Positions 37,011 to 46,406 of a stretch of DNA of 64,000 nucleotides are shown in pieces. The first letter of the stretch is position 1. Each line of letters begins with the position of its first letter. Source of the DNA: an uncultured virus (IMG/VR IMGVR_UViG_3300029920_000005) (Duplodnaviria; Heunggongvirae; Uroviricota; Caudoviricetes); the IMG/VR virus record IMGVR_UViG_3300029920_000005; one strand, 5' to 3'. Position numbers and translations under genes: made by a program. Under the pieces are notes generated by a model. The model did not search any database and was not told the DNA's origin. It saw only the letters and a list, made by a program, of their open reading frames with translations.

Positions 37011-37516
37011 TGGAATTTGCGAACATGGGTGCGCTGGCCATACATCTCCTCGAAGCTGAGGCGGCGACGCTGCGCGCGCTGGAAATTGGCCTCGATTCGT
37101 GTGCGACCCATGTCAAAAAAGTCGCGAAGGAGGAAATCGGGGAATACCAGCCAGCCGTCGGCCCATTTCAGGACTGGGCTGAACTGGCGGATTCGACCGA
37201 AGCGGATAAGGCGCGCAAGGGCTATCCGCTCGATGCGCCGCTACTGCGGACTGGCGAAATGCGCGACGAGATCACGCATGAGGTCAGCGGGTTGGAGGCT
37301 GTGGCGGGGGCGAAAGACGAGGGCGCCGGAAAGATCCTGCAGTATCACGAGTTTGGCACGTCAAAAATGCCGCCTCGACCGGTATTGGGTCCGGCGATGT
37401 TCCGCAGCCGGAGCTTCATCCAGGAGCGATTGGGTGCGGCCGTTCTATCCGGACTGTTTCACGGCGCAAAAATTGACTCGTCGCTCGGTTACGACGGCGA
37501 GACGTCAGAACAGTGA
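37010..37516 (+). CDS. Tail completion/virion morphogenesis protein
   Basis: PLLRTGEMR, HEFGTSKMPPRPVL. Confidence 0.75.
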   Translation: MEFANMGALAIHLLEAEAATLRALEIGLDSCATHVKKVAKEEIGEYQPAVGPFQDWAELADSTEADKARKGYPLDAPLLRTGEMRDEITHEVSGLEAVAGAKDEGAGKILQYHEFGTSKMPPRPVLGPAMFRSRSFIQERLGAAVLSGLFHGAKIDSSLGYDGETSEQ

Positions 37517-37759
37517 CGCAATGATCGCATACATGATTGCACAAAATGCGGCCAGGGCGAGCAGGCCAAAGACCATGGCTACTGACGACATGGTAAATAA
37601 CAGTAGGCAGTTTTGGTTGCGGTCGGCCTTTTCAGCCTTTGTCATTGGCGGCTGCTCGACTCTTTGTTGTAGCTTGCGCCAGTCTGGCGGCACATCTTCA
37701 GGCGGTACGTCCTCGATTTGTTCGCCGTTCCACTGAATCACGCGGTGTTTTTTTGCCAT
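37505..37759 (-). CDS. Antisense small membrane protein (moron)
   Basis: C-terminal hydrophobic stretch; fills the gap before the tape measure gene. Confidence 0.55.
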   Translation of the reverse strand: MAKKHRVIQWNGEQIEDVPPEDVPPDWRKLQQRVEQPPMTKAEKADRNQNCLLLFTMSSVAMVFGLLALAAFCAIMYAIIASLF

Positions 37760-37789
37760 GGCTTCAATCTTTCGTATGGATAAATCATT

Positions 37790-40069
37790 ATGGCATTCGA
37801 AGCCTACAGCGTCGCGGTAAAGCTCTCGCTGATTAACAATGTCAGCGCCGGGTTGTTGCTGATCAGCAAGAGTTTGCAGAGCGCAAATATGGACGCCAAG
37901 CTATTGCAAAGTAGCCTTGGAGCCATCGGTAAAAGAATGGCCATCGGTGGTGTGATGTTTGCCGGCGGCTTGGCTATTGCCTCTCTATTCAAAGCCCCGA
38001 TCGAAGAAGCCGAAAAGTACCAGAACGCATTGACTCGGTTCAAGCAGATGAACCTGGGCGACGCAGTCAATAAGGACGCCGATTCGATGGCGCGGCATGC
38101 CAATGCGTTCGGCACGTCCGCGACCGAGATGATGAACACGCTGCGCGACCTGCATGCGGCGTTCGGCAGTTACAACGAGGCCAAGCAGTTCGCGCCAAAG
38201 GTCGCTGCGTTGAATGCAGCCAACAAGTCCATCTATGGCGATGGGCATGGCGTGGACGAGGGTGAAACCAAGGCATTGGCCAAGGTGATCGAGATGCGAG
38301 GCGGCACGGTCAACCCGGCCGCGTTCAATCGCGAACTGGATCTGATGCAGCGAATGAAGAACGCCACGGGCGGCGTTCTCGACGCAAAAATGCTGCGAGC
38401 TTACATGTCCACCGCTGGCGTGGCGGGCCGGTCGCTGAGCGACAAAGGCCTGGAAAACATGTCGGGGCTAATCGTTGAAATGGGCGGTCAGCGCGCCGGT
38501 ACCGCAACGATGAGCATGTATCAAAACCTCATCGGTGGGCGCACTACAAAAAAGGCTATGGGCGAACTCGCCAGCCTGGGCCTTGGCACTTTGTCCGAGG
38601 CAAAGTCCGGCCACGTTGGCGGAGCACAAAAAACCACTCAGACCCTGACCAATATCAAGGGCGCCGACGAGCTCAAGGCCGATCCGGTTGGCTGGATCAA
38701 AGACGTCCTGCTCCCGCAGTTCAAGGCGAAGGGGATCACGGATCAGTCGACGATTCTGAAGACCATCAACGACATCATGACCAATCGCACCGGGTCGAGT
38801 ATGGCGTCAATCACGGCGACGCAGCTAAGTGTGATCATGAAGGATGCGGCAAATGCCCGCAATGCCCACGGCGTTGACGCGACGATAAAGGATGCGAAAG
38901 GGACGCTGAGCGGCCAGATGGCTGACCTATCGGCCAAGTGGTCTGGCGTCATGCTTGAACTGGGCGTGACCGTGCTGCCGATGGCCATTTCTGCTGTCCG
39001 GCACCTGATCCCGGTTCTTCAGTCGCTCTCGACGTTCATTCAGAACAATCAGACGGCGGTGAAATTATTCGCCGGCGCGCTGCTGGGACTGTCTGCATTC
39101 CTGATGGGCGGCGGACTGATCAACATGATCATCGCGGCAGGGCGGGGGTTTGGCTTGCTGTATACCGTGCTCGGCCGGGGCCCGGGGATATTGAGTGCAT
39201 TGGCGCGGTACGGCTCGACGTTAGGCAAAGCGTTCTTTGCGCTACGCACGGGAATCGTGGCATTAGCTACGTCGCCGTTCGTAGCGGGACTTGCCCAGGC
39301 AGTATTTGGCCCGTTTATCCTTCTTGGCAAGGTAGCTGCCACTGCCGGCCGGGCGCTACTGCCCGTGATGGGTTCCATCATCACATTTTCGGCGCGAATG
39401 CTGGGCTCTGGCATTCTGCTGTTGCTCAAAGGCATGTATCTCGGTGTTGACTTGGTGGCGCAGGGCCTATTGTTCGCCGGTCGCGCCATGCTCATGAACC
39501 CAATCGGCCTCACCCTGACCGCTATTGGCGTTGCCGCCTACCTGGTCTATCGGAACTGGGACACCATTCTGCCAAAGCTCAATGCCACATGGACGAGCGC
39601 CAAGAATGGATTGATTGCCTTCGGGGCTTGGCTGGGCGACTTTTTTGGCAACATGCGGGACTCGCTCAAAGCGTTGTTCCTCCCCGTCTGGACGGCAATA
39701 AAGCCGGTCGTGCCGCTACTCGCCGGCGTGGCTGGGGCGGCGTATCTGATCTGGAAAGATTGGGGCACCATCCTGCCCAAGCTAAAGACCATCTGGAGCG
39801 CGATTACTGACGGTATTCTGAACATGTGGAATCACATCAAGTCGTTTTTCGGACTGGGTGGCGATGTAACGAAAGACACCGGCAAGCCCAAGCAGACCTT
39901 TATTCCAAAGAGCGCTGCCGGCACCATTCAGGTTCATTCCACGATCAATATGGATGGCAAGAAAGTGGCTGAGGGCGTTTCAACCCATCAAGGCCGCTGG
40001 GCCAACTCGCCGTACTCGGGCAGTGGCCATGACGGCAATCTGGCCATGCCGCTACCGGGCGCTCGGTAG
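37790..40069 (+). CDS. Tape measure protein
   Basis: 759 aa, LMNPIGL...YRNWD repeats. Confidence 0.9.
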   Translation: MAFEAYSVAVKLSLINNVSAGLLLISKSLQSANMDAKLLQSSLGAIGKRMAIGGVMFAGGLAIASLFKAPIEEAEKYQNALTRFKQMNLGDAVNKDADSMARHANAFGTSATEMMNTLRDLHAAFGSYNEAKQFAPKVAALNAANKSIYGDGHGVDEGETKALAKVIEMRGGTVNPAAFNRELDLMQRMKNATGGVLDAKMLRAYMSTAGVAGRSLSDKGLENMSGLIVEMGGQRAGTATMSMYQNLIGGRTTKKAMGELASLGLGTLSEAKSGHVGGAQKTTQTLTNIKGADELKADPVGWIKDVLLPQFKAKGITDQSTILKTINDIMTNRTGSSMASITATQLSVIMKDAANARNAHGVDATIKDAKGTLSGQMADLSAKWSGVMLELGVTVLPMAISAVRHLIPVLQSLSTFIQNNQTAVKLFAGALLGLSAFLMGGGLINMIIAAGRGFGLLYTVLGRGPGILSALARYGSTLGKAFFALRTGIVALATSPFVAGLAQAVFGPFILLGKVAATAGRALLPVMGSIITFSARMLGSGILLLLKGMYLGVDLVAQGLLFAGRAMLMNPIGLTLTAIGVAAYLVYRNWDTILPKLNATWTSAKNGLIAFGAWLGDFFGNMRDSLKALFLPVWTAIKPVVPLLAGVAGAAYLIWKDWGTILPKLKTIWSAITDGILNMWNHIKSFFGLGGDVTKDTGKPKQTFIPKSAAGTIQVHSTINMDGKKVAEGVSTHQGRWANSPYSGSGHDGNLAMPLPGAR

Positions 40070-40226
40070 CAACACATAGCCGCTTCTGGGCGGTTTGTTC
40101 ATCTCAGTCTCACGGTTTGCGCCGCGGGGCTTTTTTTACGACTACGGATAGGCCGGCCAGCCGACAAGCGCGCTTCCCGGGCGCGCTTCCGCAGTCTCCG
40201 AATCCGGGTTTCTGCGGGGGAATCCC

Positions 40227-40751
40227 ATGAATAAACCAATAGATCCGAACGGCCTGTTCACGATGGTGACCGTTGATATTGACGGAGAGCCAAGGGCGTC
40301 GACAGAAGTGATTGCCCAAGGCGTCGAGCAGCAGCACCCCAGTGCCATGAAACTGATAAAGAAGCATCTCGCCGCCTTTGAGTCGTTCGGCTTGGTCAGA
40401 TTTGAAATCCGACCAAGATTAAAGGGGCGTCACGGTGGCGGCAACGTTGAATTTGCCATGCTCAACGAACATCAGGCCGCGCTGCTGATTTCATTCATGC
40501 GCAACACACCAAAGGTCATCGACTTCAAAGTTTCGCTTATCCGTGAATTTTTCCGGATGAGTGAAGCGCTCCAGCGTCGCGACATGGGTCTGTGGCAACA
40601 GATGCAAGCCTTGATCGCCCGTGAGGTCGAATCGAAAGTGCGAGCCTCGTTTGGCTCTCGCCTAATGCTTGAGCGGAAACGCGAGAAGCCGCGATTTGAC
40701 CAAGAGCGACGTCGGCTTGAAAGCCAGATCCAGCCATCCCTCCTCAACTGA
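40227..40751 (+). CDS. Rha-family regulatory protein
   Basis: FGLVRFEIR, LNEHQAALLISFMRNT..V..FK..LI.EF. Confidence 0.8.
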   Translation: MNKPIDPNGLFTMVTVDIDGEPRASTEVIAQGVEQQHPSAMKLIKKHLAAFESFGLVRFEIRPRLKGRHGGGNVEFAMLNEHQAALLISFMRNTPKVIDFKVSLIREFFRMSEALQRRDMGLWQQMQALIAREVESKVRASFGSRLMLERKREKPRFDQERRRLESQIQPSLLN

Positions 40752-40789
40752 CCCGCTCCGGCGGGTTTTCTCTTTTCTGAAGGCCGTTA

Positions 40790-41785
40790 ATGGATCCGAT
40801 TTTTCTGGTGCTCGGTGATTTCGTGTTTCAGGACATGGAAATCCCTGAAAGCATTCCGTTCGGCGGCTCCCAGCAATTGGCTGTCAAAAAACTGATTGGC
40901 GGCGGACGTGTCATCGATGCCATGGGCACCGATCCGAAGCCGATCGAATGGTCGGGGACGTTTTTCCCGACGGCAGACGGCCAGTCCGCCCTTGATCGCG
41001 CACAGCAAATTCAGGGCATGAAGGACGATGGCCGGCCATTGCAGTTGTCGTGGGATCAGATTTTGCTGTACGTCTACATCAAGGATTTCGAGCCGGATTA
41101 TCGATTCGGCCGCATTCCGTACAAGATTTCATTCGAGATCCTGGTTGATGCGACGCAGCCATTTTCGGCCGCTACCGGCACGCCACTGGATACCGGCGCG
41201 GATGACGGGCAGCAGGACGTTGATGACTTGATTGGCAACGATGTTTACGCGGCAAGCAATCTTGCGGCCGAACTGACGAGCGGCATTTCGTCACTGATGG
41301 GCGACGTTGTTTCGGCGATCAATGCCGTGACGTCATTTGTCGGCGCGGTCGAGAGTGTCGTCGCGCCAATCATGCAGACCGTATGCGGCTTGATGAATGC
41401 CGTATCGATTCTGTCCGGAACAGTGGATGGCACACTGAATAGCGCCAGCAGCCCCGGTGGCGTCGCCTCGTCAACCTCACCGATGGCAAATCTGGCAGCG
41501 TACGAAGCGCAGCTCGCGGCCAATAGCCAGCAGACCAGCCTGGTGCAACTACAGGCGCTACTCGGACGGATCCTGAAAAACCTGCAGCAGGTCAACTCCA
41601 GCGTCAAAACGGTCACGGTTTCAGGCGGCAATTTGTTTGATGTCGCTGCCAAACAGTACGGCGATCCGACCGCTTGGACGGTCATCGCCCAGGCAAACGG
41701 CCTTGCTGATCCACAGCTCACCGGTATCGTCACGCTCATCATTCCGCCGTATAGCGGTGCGAGCGCTGGCGTTCTCGGCTCATAA
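40790..41785 (+). CDS. Tail tube initiator with C-terminal LysM
   Basis: GNLFDVAAKQYGDPTAWTVIAQANGL. Confidence 0.8.
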   Translation: MDPIFLVLGDFVFQDMEIPESIPFGGSQQLAVKKLIGGGRVIDAMGTDPKPIEWSGTFFPTADGQSALDRAQQIQGMKDDGRPLQLSWDQILLYVYIKDFEPDYRFGRIPYKISFEILVDATQPFSAATGTPLDTGADDGQQDVDDLIGNDVYAASNLAAELTSGISSLMGDVVSAINAVTSFVGAVESVVAPIMQTVCGLMNAVSILSGTVDGTLNSASSPGGVASSTSPMANLAAYEAQLAANSQQTSLVQLQALLGRILKNLQQVNSSVKTVTVSGGNLFDVAAKQYGDPTAWTVIAQANGLADPQLTGIVTLIIPPYSGASAGVLGS

Positions 41786-41793
41786 GGTTACCC

Positions 41794-42909
41794 ATGATTC
41801 CATTTACGCAACCGACCGCTCGCAGCCCGCGTGGCGCCGTGAAGGTCAATGGCGAAATCATAGAGGGCTGGGTCGAGTTTGAGGTGGAAAATGTCGGCTA
41901 TTACAGTGCCGACACGTTCCATTGCACGTTTGCCGCCAGCCTGCTGCCCGCGGGCCGCAACGTGAATTGGTTCTCGCAACAGCAGGACATGTATGTCGAG
42001 CTTTTTATCGGCTTCCCGGCCAACCCGGATCTTTACCGGACTGCGGAGCTGTCAAGCTGGATCTACGGGCAGGTCGATGATATCGATGTCGATCCGGTGA
42101 CTGGTCTTATCACAGTCTCCGGACGGGATCTGACTCGGGTTTTCATCGACAAGAAAACCACGCAAAAGTGGCCGAATCAGACGTCCAGCCAGATCGCCGC
42201 CGCACTAGCAAAAGAGCACGGACTTTCGTCGGTCATCACGCCGACCAAGACCAAGACAGGTAAATATTACGAAATCGACCACGTCACGATTGCGAATGAG
42301 CAGAGTGAATGGGACATCCTGAATTACCTGGCTGACAGCGAAGGCTTCAAGGTCTGGGTGCGCGGGCAGACATTGTATTTCATGCCAGCCCCAGATCCGG
42401 CCAACACCGCCCCGTATCAGCTGATCTGGCAGCCGTCGATGCAAGGCGGCTCACCTGTCGCCAATTTTGAGCAGATCAAGCTCAAGCGGGCACTGACGGT
42501 GTCGCGCGGGGTTCAGGTCAAGATCCGCAGTTGGAACAAAAAGCAGGCCAAGGGCTTCACGGTCTCCTATCCGGCGACCGCTAAAAGCATCAAGGTCGGC
42601 AAATCCAGCATCGGCGCGGGCGCGCAGGTCTACAGCAAGCGCGTGCCGAACCTGACGCATGACCAGGCGCTGCAGTACGCGCAAAACTGGTACCAGCAGA
42701 TCGTTGCACACGAAATGACCCTCGATGTGACGATGCCCGGGGATAACAACCTCGACACCACGTCGATCATTCGCGTGTCCGGCACCGGAACAGCGTTTGA
42801 CCAGTTGTACTATCCGGACGCCATTACGCGCCACCTCAGTTTTTCGGGTGGCTACAGCATGACCGTTGCGGCCAAAAATCATTCACCCGACTCGGAGATC
42901 ACGCTATGA
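41794..42909 (+). CDS. Baseplate hub (gpD/gp27-like)
   Basis: ADTF, SGRD, position. Confidence 0.8.
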   Translation: MIPFTQPTARSPRGAVKVNGEIIEGWVEFEVENVGYYSADTFHCTFAASLLPAGRNVNWFSQQQDMYVELFIGFPANPDLYRTAELSSWIYGQVDDIDVDPVTGLITVSGRDLTRVFIDKKTTQKWPNQTSSQIAAALAKEHGLSSVITPTKTKTGKYYEIDHVTIANEQSEWDILNYLADSEGFKVWVRGQTLYFMPAPDPANTAPYQLIWQPSMQGGSPVANFEQIKLKRALTVSRGVQVKIRSWNKKQAKGFTVSYPATAKSIKVGKSSIGAGAQVYSKRVPNLTHDQALQYAQNWYQQIVAHEMTLDVTMPGDNNLDTTSIIRVSGTGTAFDQLYYPDAITRHLSFSGGYSMTVAAKNHSPDSEITL

Positions 42910-43610
42910 GCCACGGCAGCAATCTCCTGACAAACGCGATGCGCCAGCACGCCAAAGCGGCAATGGGCGATATCGCGATGCCCGAGCATGCAGTGATTAC
43001 CAGCTACGACATGAGTAATCACGCGGTCAAAGTCACGGCTGAGCCGACAGACCCGGATGCGGAGCCTATCGAGTCCAACTGGATGCCCTTGGGCGCCATT
43101 GGCATTGGCAACGGATGGGGCCTTGCGGTCGGCCCGAATATCGGCGACCAGGTGCTCGTTGTTTTCGAACATGGAGACCGCTCATCAGGATCCATCGTCG
43201 ATCGGTATTTTTCGACCACGCAGCAGGCTATTGCTGTGCCGTCCGGGGAAATTTGGGCGGTACACCAGACCGGAAGCTCCTTGAAGCTGACCAATGACGG
43301 AAAGGTATCCGTTAATTCGAGTAGTGATACCGATATCACAGTGGGCGGCAACGCCAACATCACCGCGACCGGAAACGCAACCATCACGGCAAAAATATGC
43401 TCGGTCATTGCCTCGGCCTCGGCTGCAATCACCGCGCCGGCAATCACCCTGGGCGCGAGTGGTCAATCCCTGCTCGGGTTTGTGACGTCAGCGTTTATGT
43501 CGCTGTTCAACGATCACACTCACCCTGTAACTGGCGTCGGATCGCCAACCGATGTGCCAACCCAGCAGATGACGGACTCGCAAATTACGACCACGGTAAC
43601 CGGGGGCTGA
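42906..43610 (+). CDS. Baseplate spike (gpV-like)
   Basis: PNIGDQVLVVF, terminal HTH metal motif NDHTHP. Confidence 0.9.
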   Translation: MSHGSNLLTNAMRQHAKAAMGDIAMPEHAVITSYDMSNHAVKVTAEPTDPDAEPIESNWMPLGAIGIGNGWGLAVGPNIGDQVLVVFEHGDRSSGSIVDRYFSTTQQAIAVPSGEIWAVHQTGSSLKLTNDGKVSVNSSSDTDITVGGNANITATGNATITAKICSVIASASAAITAPAITLGASGQSLLGFVTSAFMSLFNDHTHPVTGVGSPTDVPTQQMTDSQITTTVTGG

Positions 43611-43611
43611 C

Positions 43612-44010
43612 ATGGATCTTTACCATTATTACGGGGGCGATTTGAGCGCCTCGCCATCCGGCGATCTAATGCTTGCCAGCCCCATGGTAACTGGCAACCA
43701 GCGCATCTACCGGCGCCTGTCGACCAATCCGCAGCTCAATGATGCCGCCGGAAGTCCGGTTGCCTCGCCGGATTACACATGGCAGCCGGCCTACGGCGCG
43801 GGGCTGGGGCGTAAGATCGGTTCGCCAGGCAATACGCCGGCACTCAAGGCCCTGATAAAGGGGCAAATGCTGCAAGAGGCCGTCGTGGCCACGTCCCCCA
43901 AACCTCAGATCAGCGTCACACAGAGCGGCAACACATCATCCGTCGATATCCAGTACACCGACGCCAACACGGCGACGACGCAACTCGTATCTTTCGACGT
44001 AACCCAATAG
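43612..44010 (+). CDS. Baseplate wedge/sheath initiator (gpW/gp25-like)
   Basis: YGAGL motif; position. Confidence 0.75.
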   Translation: MDLYHYYGGDLSASPSGDLMLASPMVTGNQRIYRRLSTNPQLNDAAGSPVASPDYTWQPAYGAGLGRKIGSPGNTPALKALIKGQMLQEAVVATSPKPQISVTQSGNTSSVDIQYTDANTATTQLVSFDVTQ

Positions 44011-44016
44011 GCAACC

Positions 44017-45141
44017 ATGGCGAACCTAAATACACAGTCGTTTTCGAGTATCGTCAGTAACTTTGCCACGGCAGTGCAGGGCGCGTGTTCGTCGCTGATT
44101 GACTTCACCGTAGGCTCAATCTTGCTGGCAGTCGGGCAGGCAACCGCAGGCGTGGCGTTGTGGCTGCAAGGCCTGATCATGCAGGTGCTGGCCGTCACCC
44201 GGGCATCTACATCGAGCGGGACTGATCTCGATAGTTTTTTCGCGCAATTCGGATTTGCCAGACTTCCAGCAGTGGCGGCCAGTGGCCAGGTGACGTTTGC
44301 GCGGTTCACGCCAACCAATCAGGCAAATATCCCGGTTGGCGCGACGGTAACATCAAGCGATGGCACGGTGGTTTTTACCGTCATCGCCGATACGACCAAT
44401 GCCAACTACAGCGCCGGGCTCGGCTATTACGTCATCCCGGCCGGCCAATCGAGCATCAGCGTTACCGTCCAGTGCACAGTCGCCGGTACGGTCGGCAACC
44501 TGGCGCTCGGCGCGCTCAACACGCTCGGTACGGCGATCAGTGGTGTGGACTACGTCACAAATGCAGCAGCATTTATCAATGGCGTCGCAGCCGAACTTGA
44601 TCCTGCGGCGCGCTCGCGCTTCGTGCTCTGGATTGCCAGCCTTGAAGCCGCGACGCTGGCGGCGGTTCAAAACGCCATCGAGTCGGTGGCGCAAAATATC
44701 AGCGGCGTCATCCTCGAAAACGCGCTGTACACCGGGGTCGCGCAGTACGGCGTGTTTACCGTCATCGCGGACGATGGCACCGGCAACCCATCATCGACAA
44801 CGCTATCGAATGTCAGCAACGCCGTCGAGGCAGCCCGACCGCTGACGGTCACCTACAGTGTGCATGGCCCGACGGTTATCACGGCAACGGTATCGATGGC
44901 GGTGTCCGTGGCGGCGGGGTATGTACCGGCAACGGTCTACGGACTGGTCCAGGCGGCCGTGCAGGCCTATATCAACGGCCTCGGCGACGATAACAATCTG
45001 CCCTGGTCCATGCTGGCGACCACGGCGTACAGCGTCGCAGGCGTAACCAATGTCACGAATGTCCTGCTCAACGGAGGCACGGCGGATCTGTCTTGCACAA
45101 ATGTTCAGCGCATTCTGGCCGGCACAATCACGGTGAGCTGA
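44017..45141 (+). CDS. Baseplate J-like protein
   Basis: SGTDLD, RLPAVAASGQVTF, GTVGN. Confidence 0.9.
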   Translation: MANLNTQSFSSIVSNFATAVQGACSSLIDFTVGSILLAVGQATAGVALWLQGLIMQVLAVTRASTSSGTDLDSFFAQFGFARLPAVAASGQVTFARFTPTNQANIPVGATVTSSDGTVVFTVIADTTNANYSAGLGYYVIPAGQSSISVTVQCTVAGTVGNLALGALNTLGTAISGVDYVTNAAAFINGVAAELDPAARSRFVLWIASLEAATLAAVQNAIESVAQNISGVILENALYTGVAQYGVFTVIADDGTGNPSSTTLSNVSNAVEAARPLTVTYSVHGPTVITATVSMAVSVAAGYVPATVYGLVQAAVQAYINGLGDDNNLPWSMLATTAYSVAGVTNVTNVLLNGGTADLSCTNVQRILAGTITVS

Positions 45142-45142
45142 C

Positions 45143-45823
45143 ATGACGGGAGATCAAAACGACATCATCGGCCGCCTGCAGGGCTACCTGCCACGCGGCT
45201 GGTTCGGAGATTGGAGCGAGGCGCCGGTCATTGGCGGGGTGCTGGCCGGCATTGCCTCGGTGCTGGCCACATCCTATCTACTGATCCAGTTTGCGCGCGC
45301 GCAGACGCGGCTCGGGACTTCATCGGGCGGCTGGATCGATCTGTGGGCTGCGGATTTTTTCGGTGAAAACTTACCGCGCAACCCGTACGAATCCGACGCG
45401 AGCTACATCACCCGCATTCAAGCAAGCATTTTCCAGCAGAAGTCCACCAGGCCCGCGATGGCCAACATGCTGACCAAGCTGACCGGGCGCGCGCCGATCA
45501 TTTTCGAACCGAATCGCCCGCTGGATACCGGGTGCATGGGCATTAATAGCGGCCCAAACAGCTTTTGCGGCGTGGCGCGCGCCGGGTCGCTGGTGCCATA
45601 TATGGCACTAATTACCGCTTACCGTCCGCTCGTCTCCGGTGGGTCAGTCGGGGCAGGGTACTGCAACGCTGTCGTGCGCACCGCTGCGCGCGAGCCTGGC
45701 TCGCTCAGCTACACCGGATCTCTTTCGGCTGAAATTTCAACCGCTTCTGACGCAGTCATTTTCGCAGCAATCAACGCCTGCCGACCGATTGGCACGAACG
45801 TCGGCGTCGCCATAACAAACTAA
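45143..45823 (+). CDS. Baseplate wedge (gpI-like)
   Basis: IDLWAADFFG..LPR...ESDASY..RI. Confidence 0.75.
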   Translation: MTGDQNDIIGRLQGYLPRGWFGDWSEAPVIGGVLAGIASVLATSYLLIQFARAQTRLGTSSGGWIDLWAADFFGENLPRNPYESDASYITRIQASIFQQKSTRPAMANMLTKLTGRAPIIFEPNRPLDTGCMGINSGPNSFCGVARAGSLVPYMALITAYRPLVSGGSVGAGYCNAVVRTAAREPGSLSYTGSLSAEISTASDAVIFAAINACRPIGTNVGVAITN

Positions 45824-45833
45824 GGAAAATTAC

Positions 45834-46397
45834 ATGAATGCAGCTCAGGTCGGCGTCAGCGCCGCGCTGGCGGCTTACTGCACCCTTTTTAACAGTGGCT
45901 CGCTGGTATTTCTGTCCGGGACTCAGCCGGCATCACCCGAAACGGCATTGAGTGGTAACACCACGCTCTGCACGGCGACTTATTCCTCGTCGGCTTATGG
46001 GTCACCGGCGTACAGCAGTCCGAACATGCAGGCATCGGCCAGTTTTACTGCGGGGTCGTTCAACCCGGTAGCCGGTGGGGCTTGCACCTTCGCGCGCGGC
46101 TACGAAACCAACGGCACGACCGCCCTGGCCGACTTTACCGTCGGCTCCAATTGGCTGGCCTCGCAGCCGGTCGTTCTGGGTCAGTATTGCTACGCCAATG
46201 GCAATACCTACAAATGCACCACGGCGGGCACGTCGAGCACGGTCACGCCGTCCGGCACCACGACTTTCACTGACGGCACGGCGGTTTGGACGTATCAAGG
46301 CTCGGGCCAGCTATTTGACATCATGATCAGCAACCCGATCATCCAGCTCGGCGTTGCCATTTCCGTGACTCAAACCATGAAGATGCCAGCGGTGTAA
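45834..46397 (+). CDS. Virion protein with carbohydrate-binding-like module
   Basis: GNTYKCTTAGTS...DGTAVWTY. Confidence 0.65.
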   Translation: MNAAQVGVSAALAAYCTLFNSGSLVFLSGTQPASPETALSGNTTLCTATYSSSAYGSPAYSSPNMQASASFTAGSFNPVAGGACTFARGYETNGTTALADFTVGSNWLASQPVVLGQYCYANGNTYKCTTAGTSSTVTPSGTTTFTDGTAVWTYQGSGQLFDIMISNPIIQLGVAISVTQTMKMPAV

Positions 46398-46406
46398 GGG
46401 GCGACC

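Noticed and set aside
40070..40226. C4-like antisense RNA upstream of the Rha gene
   Set aside because: Several hairpins are present, but I cannot identify the diagnostic complementary elements by eye
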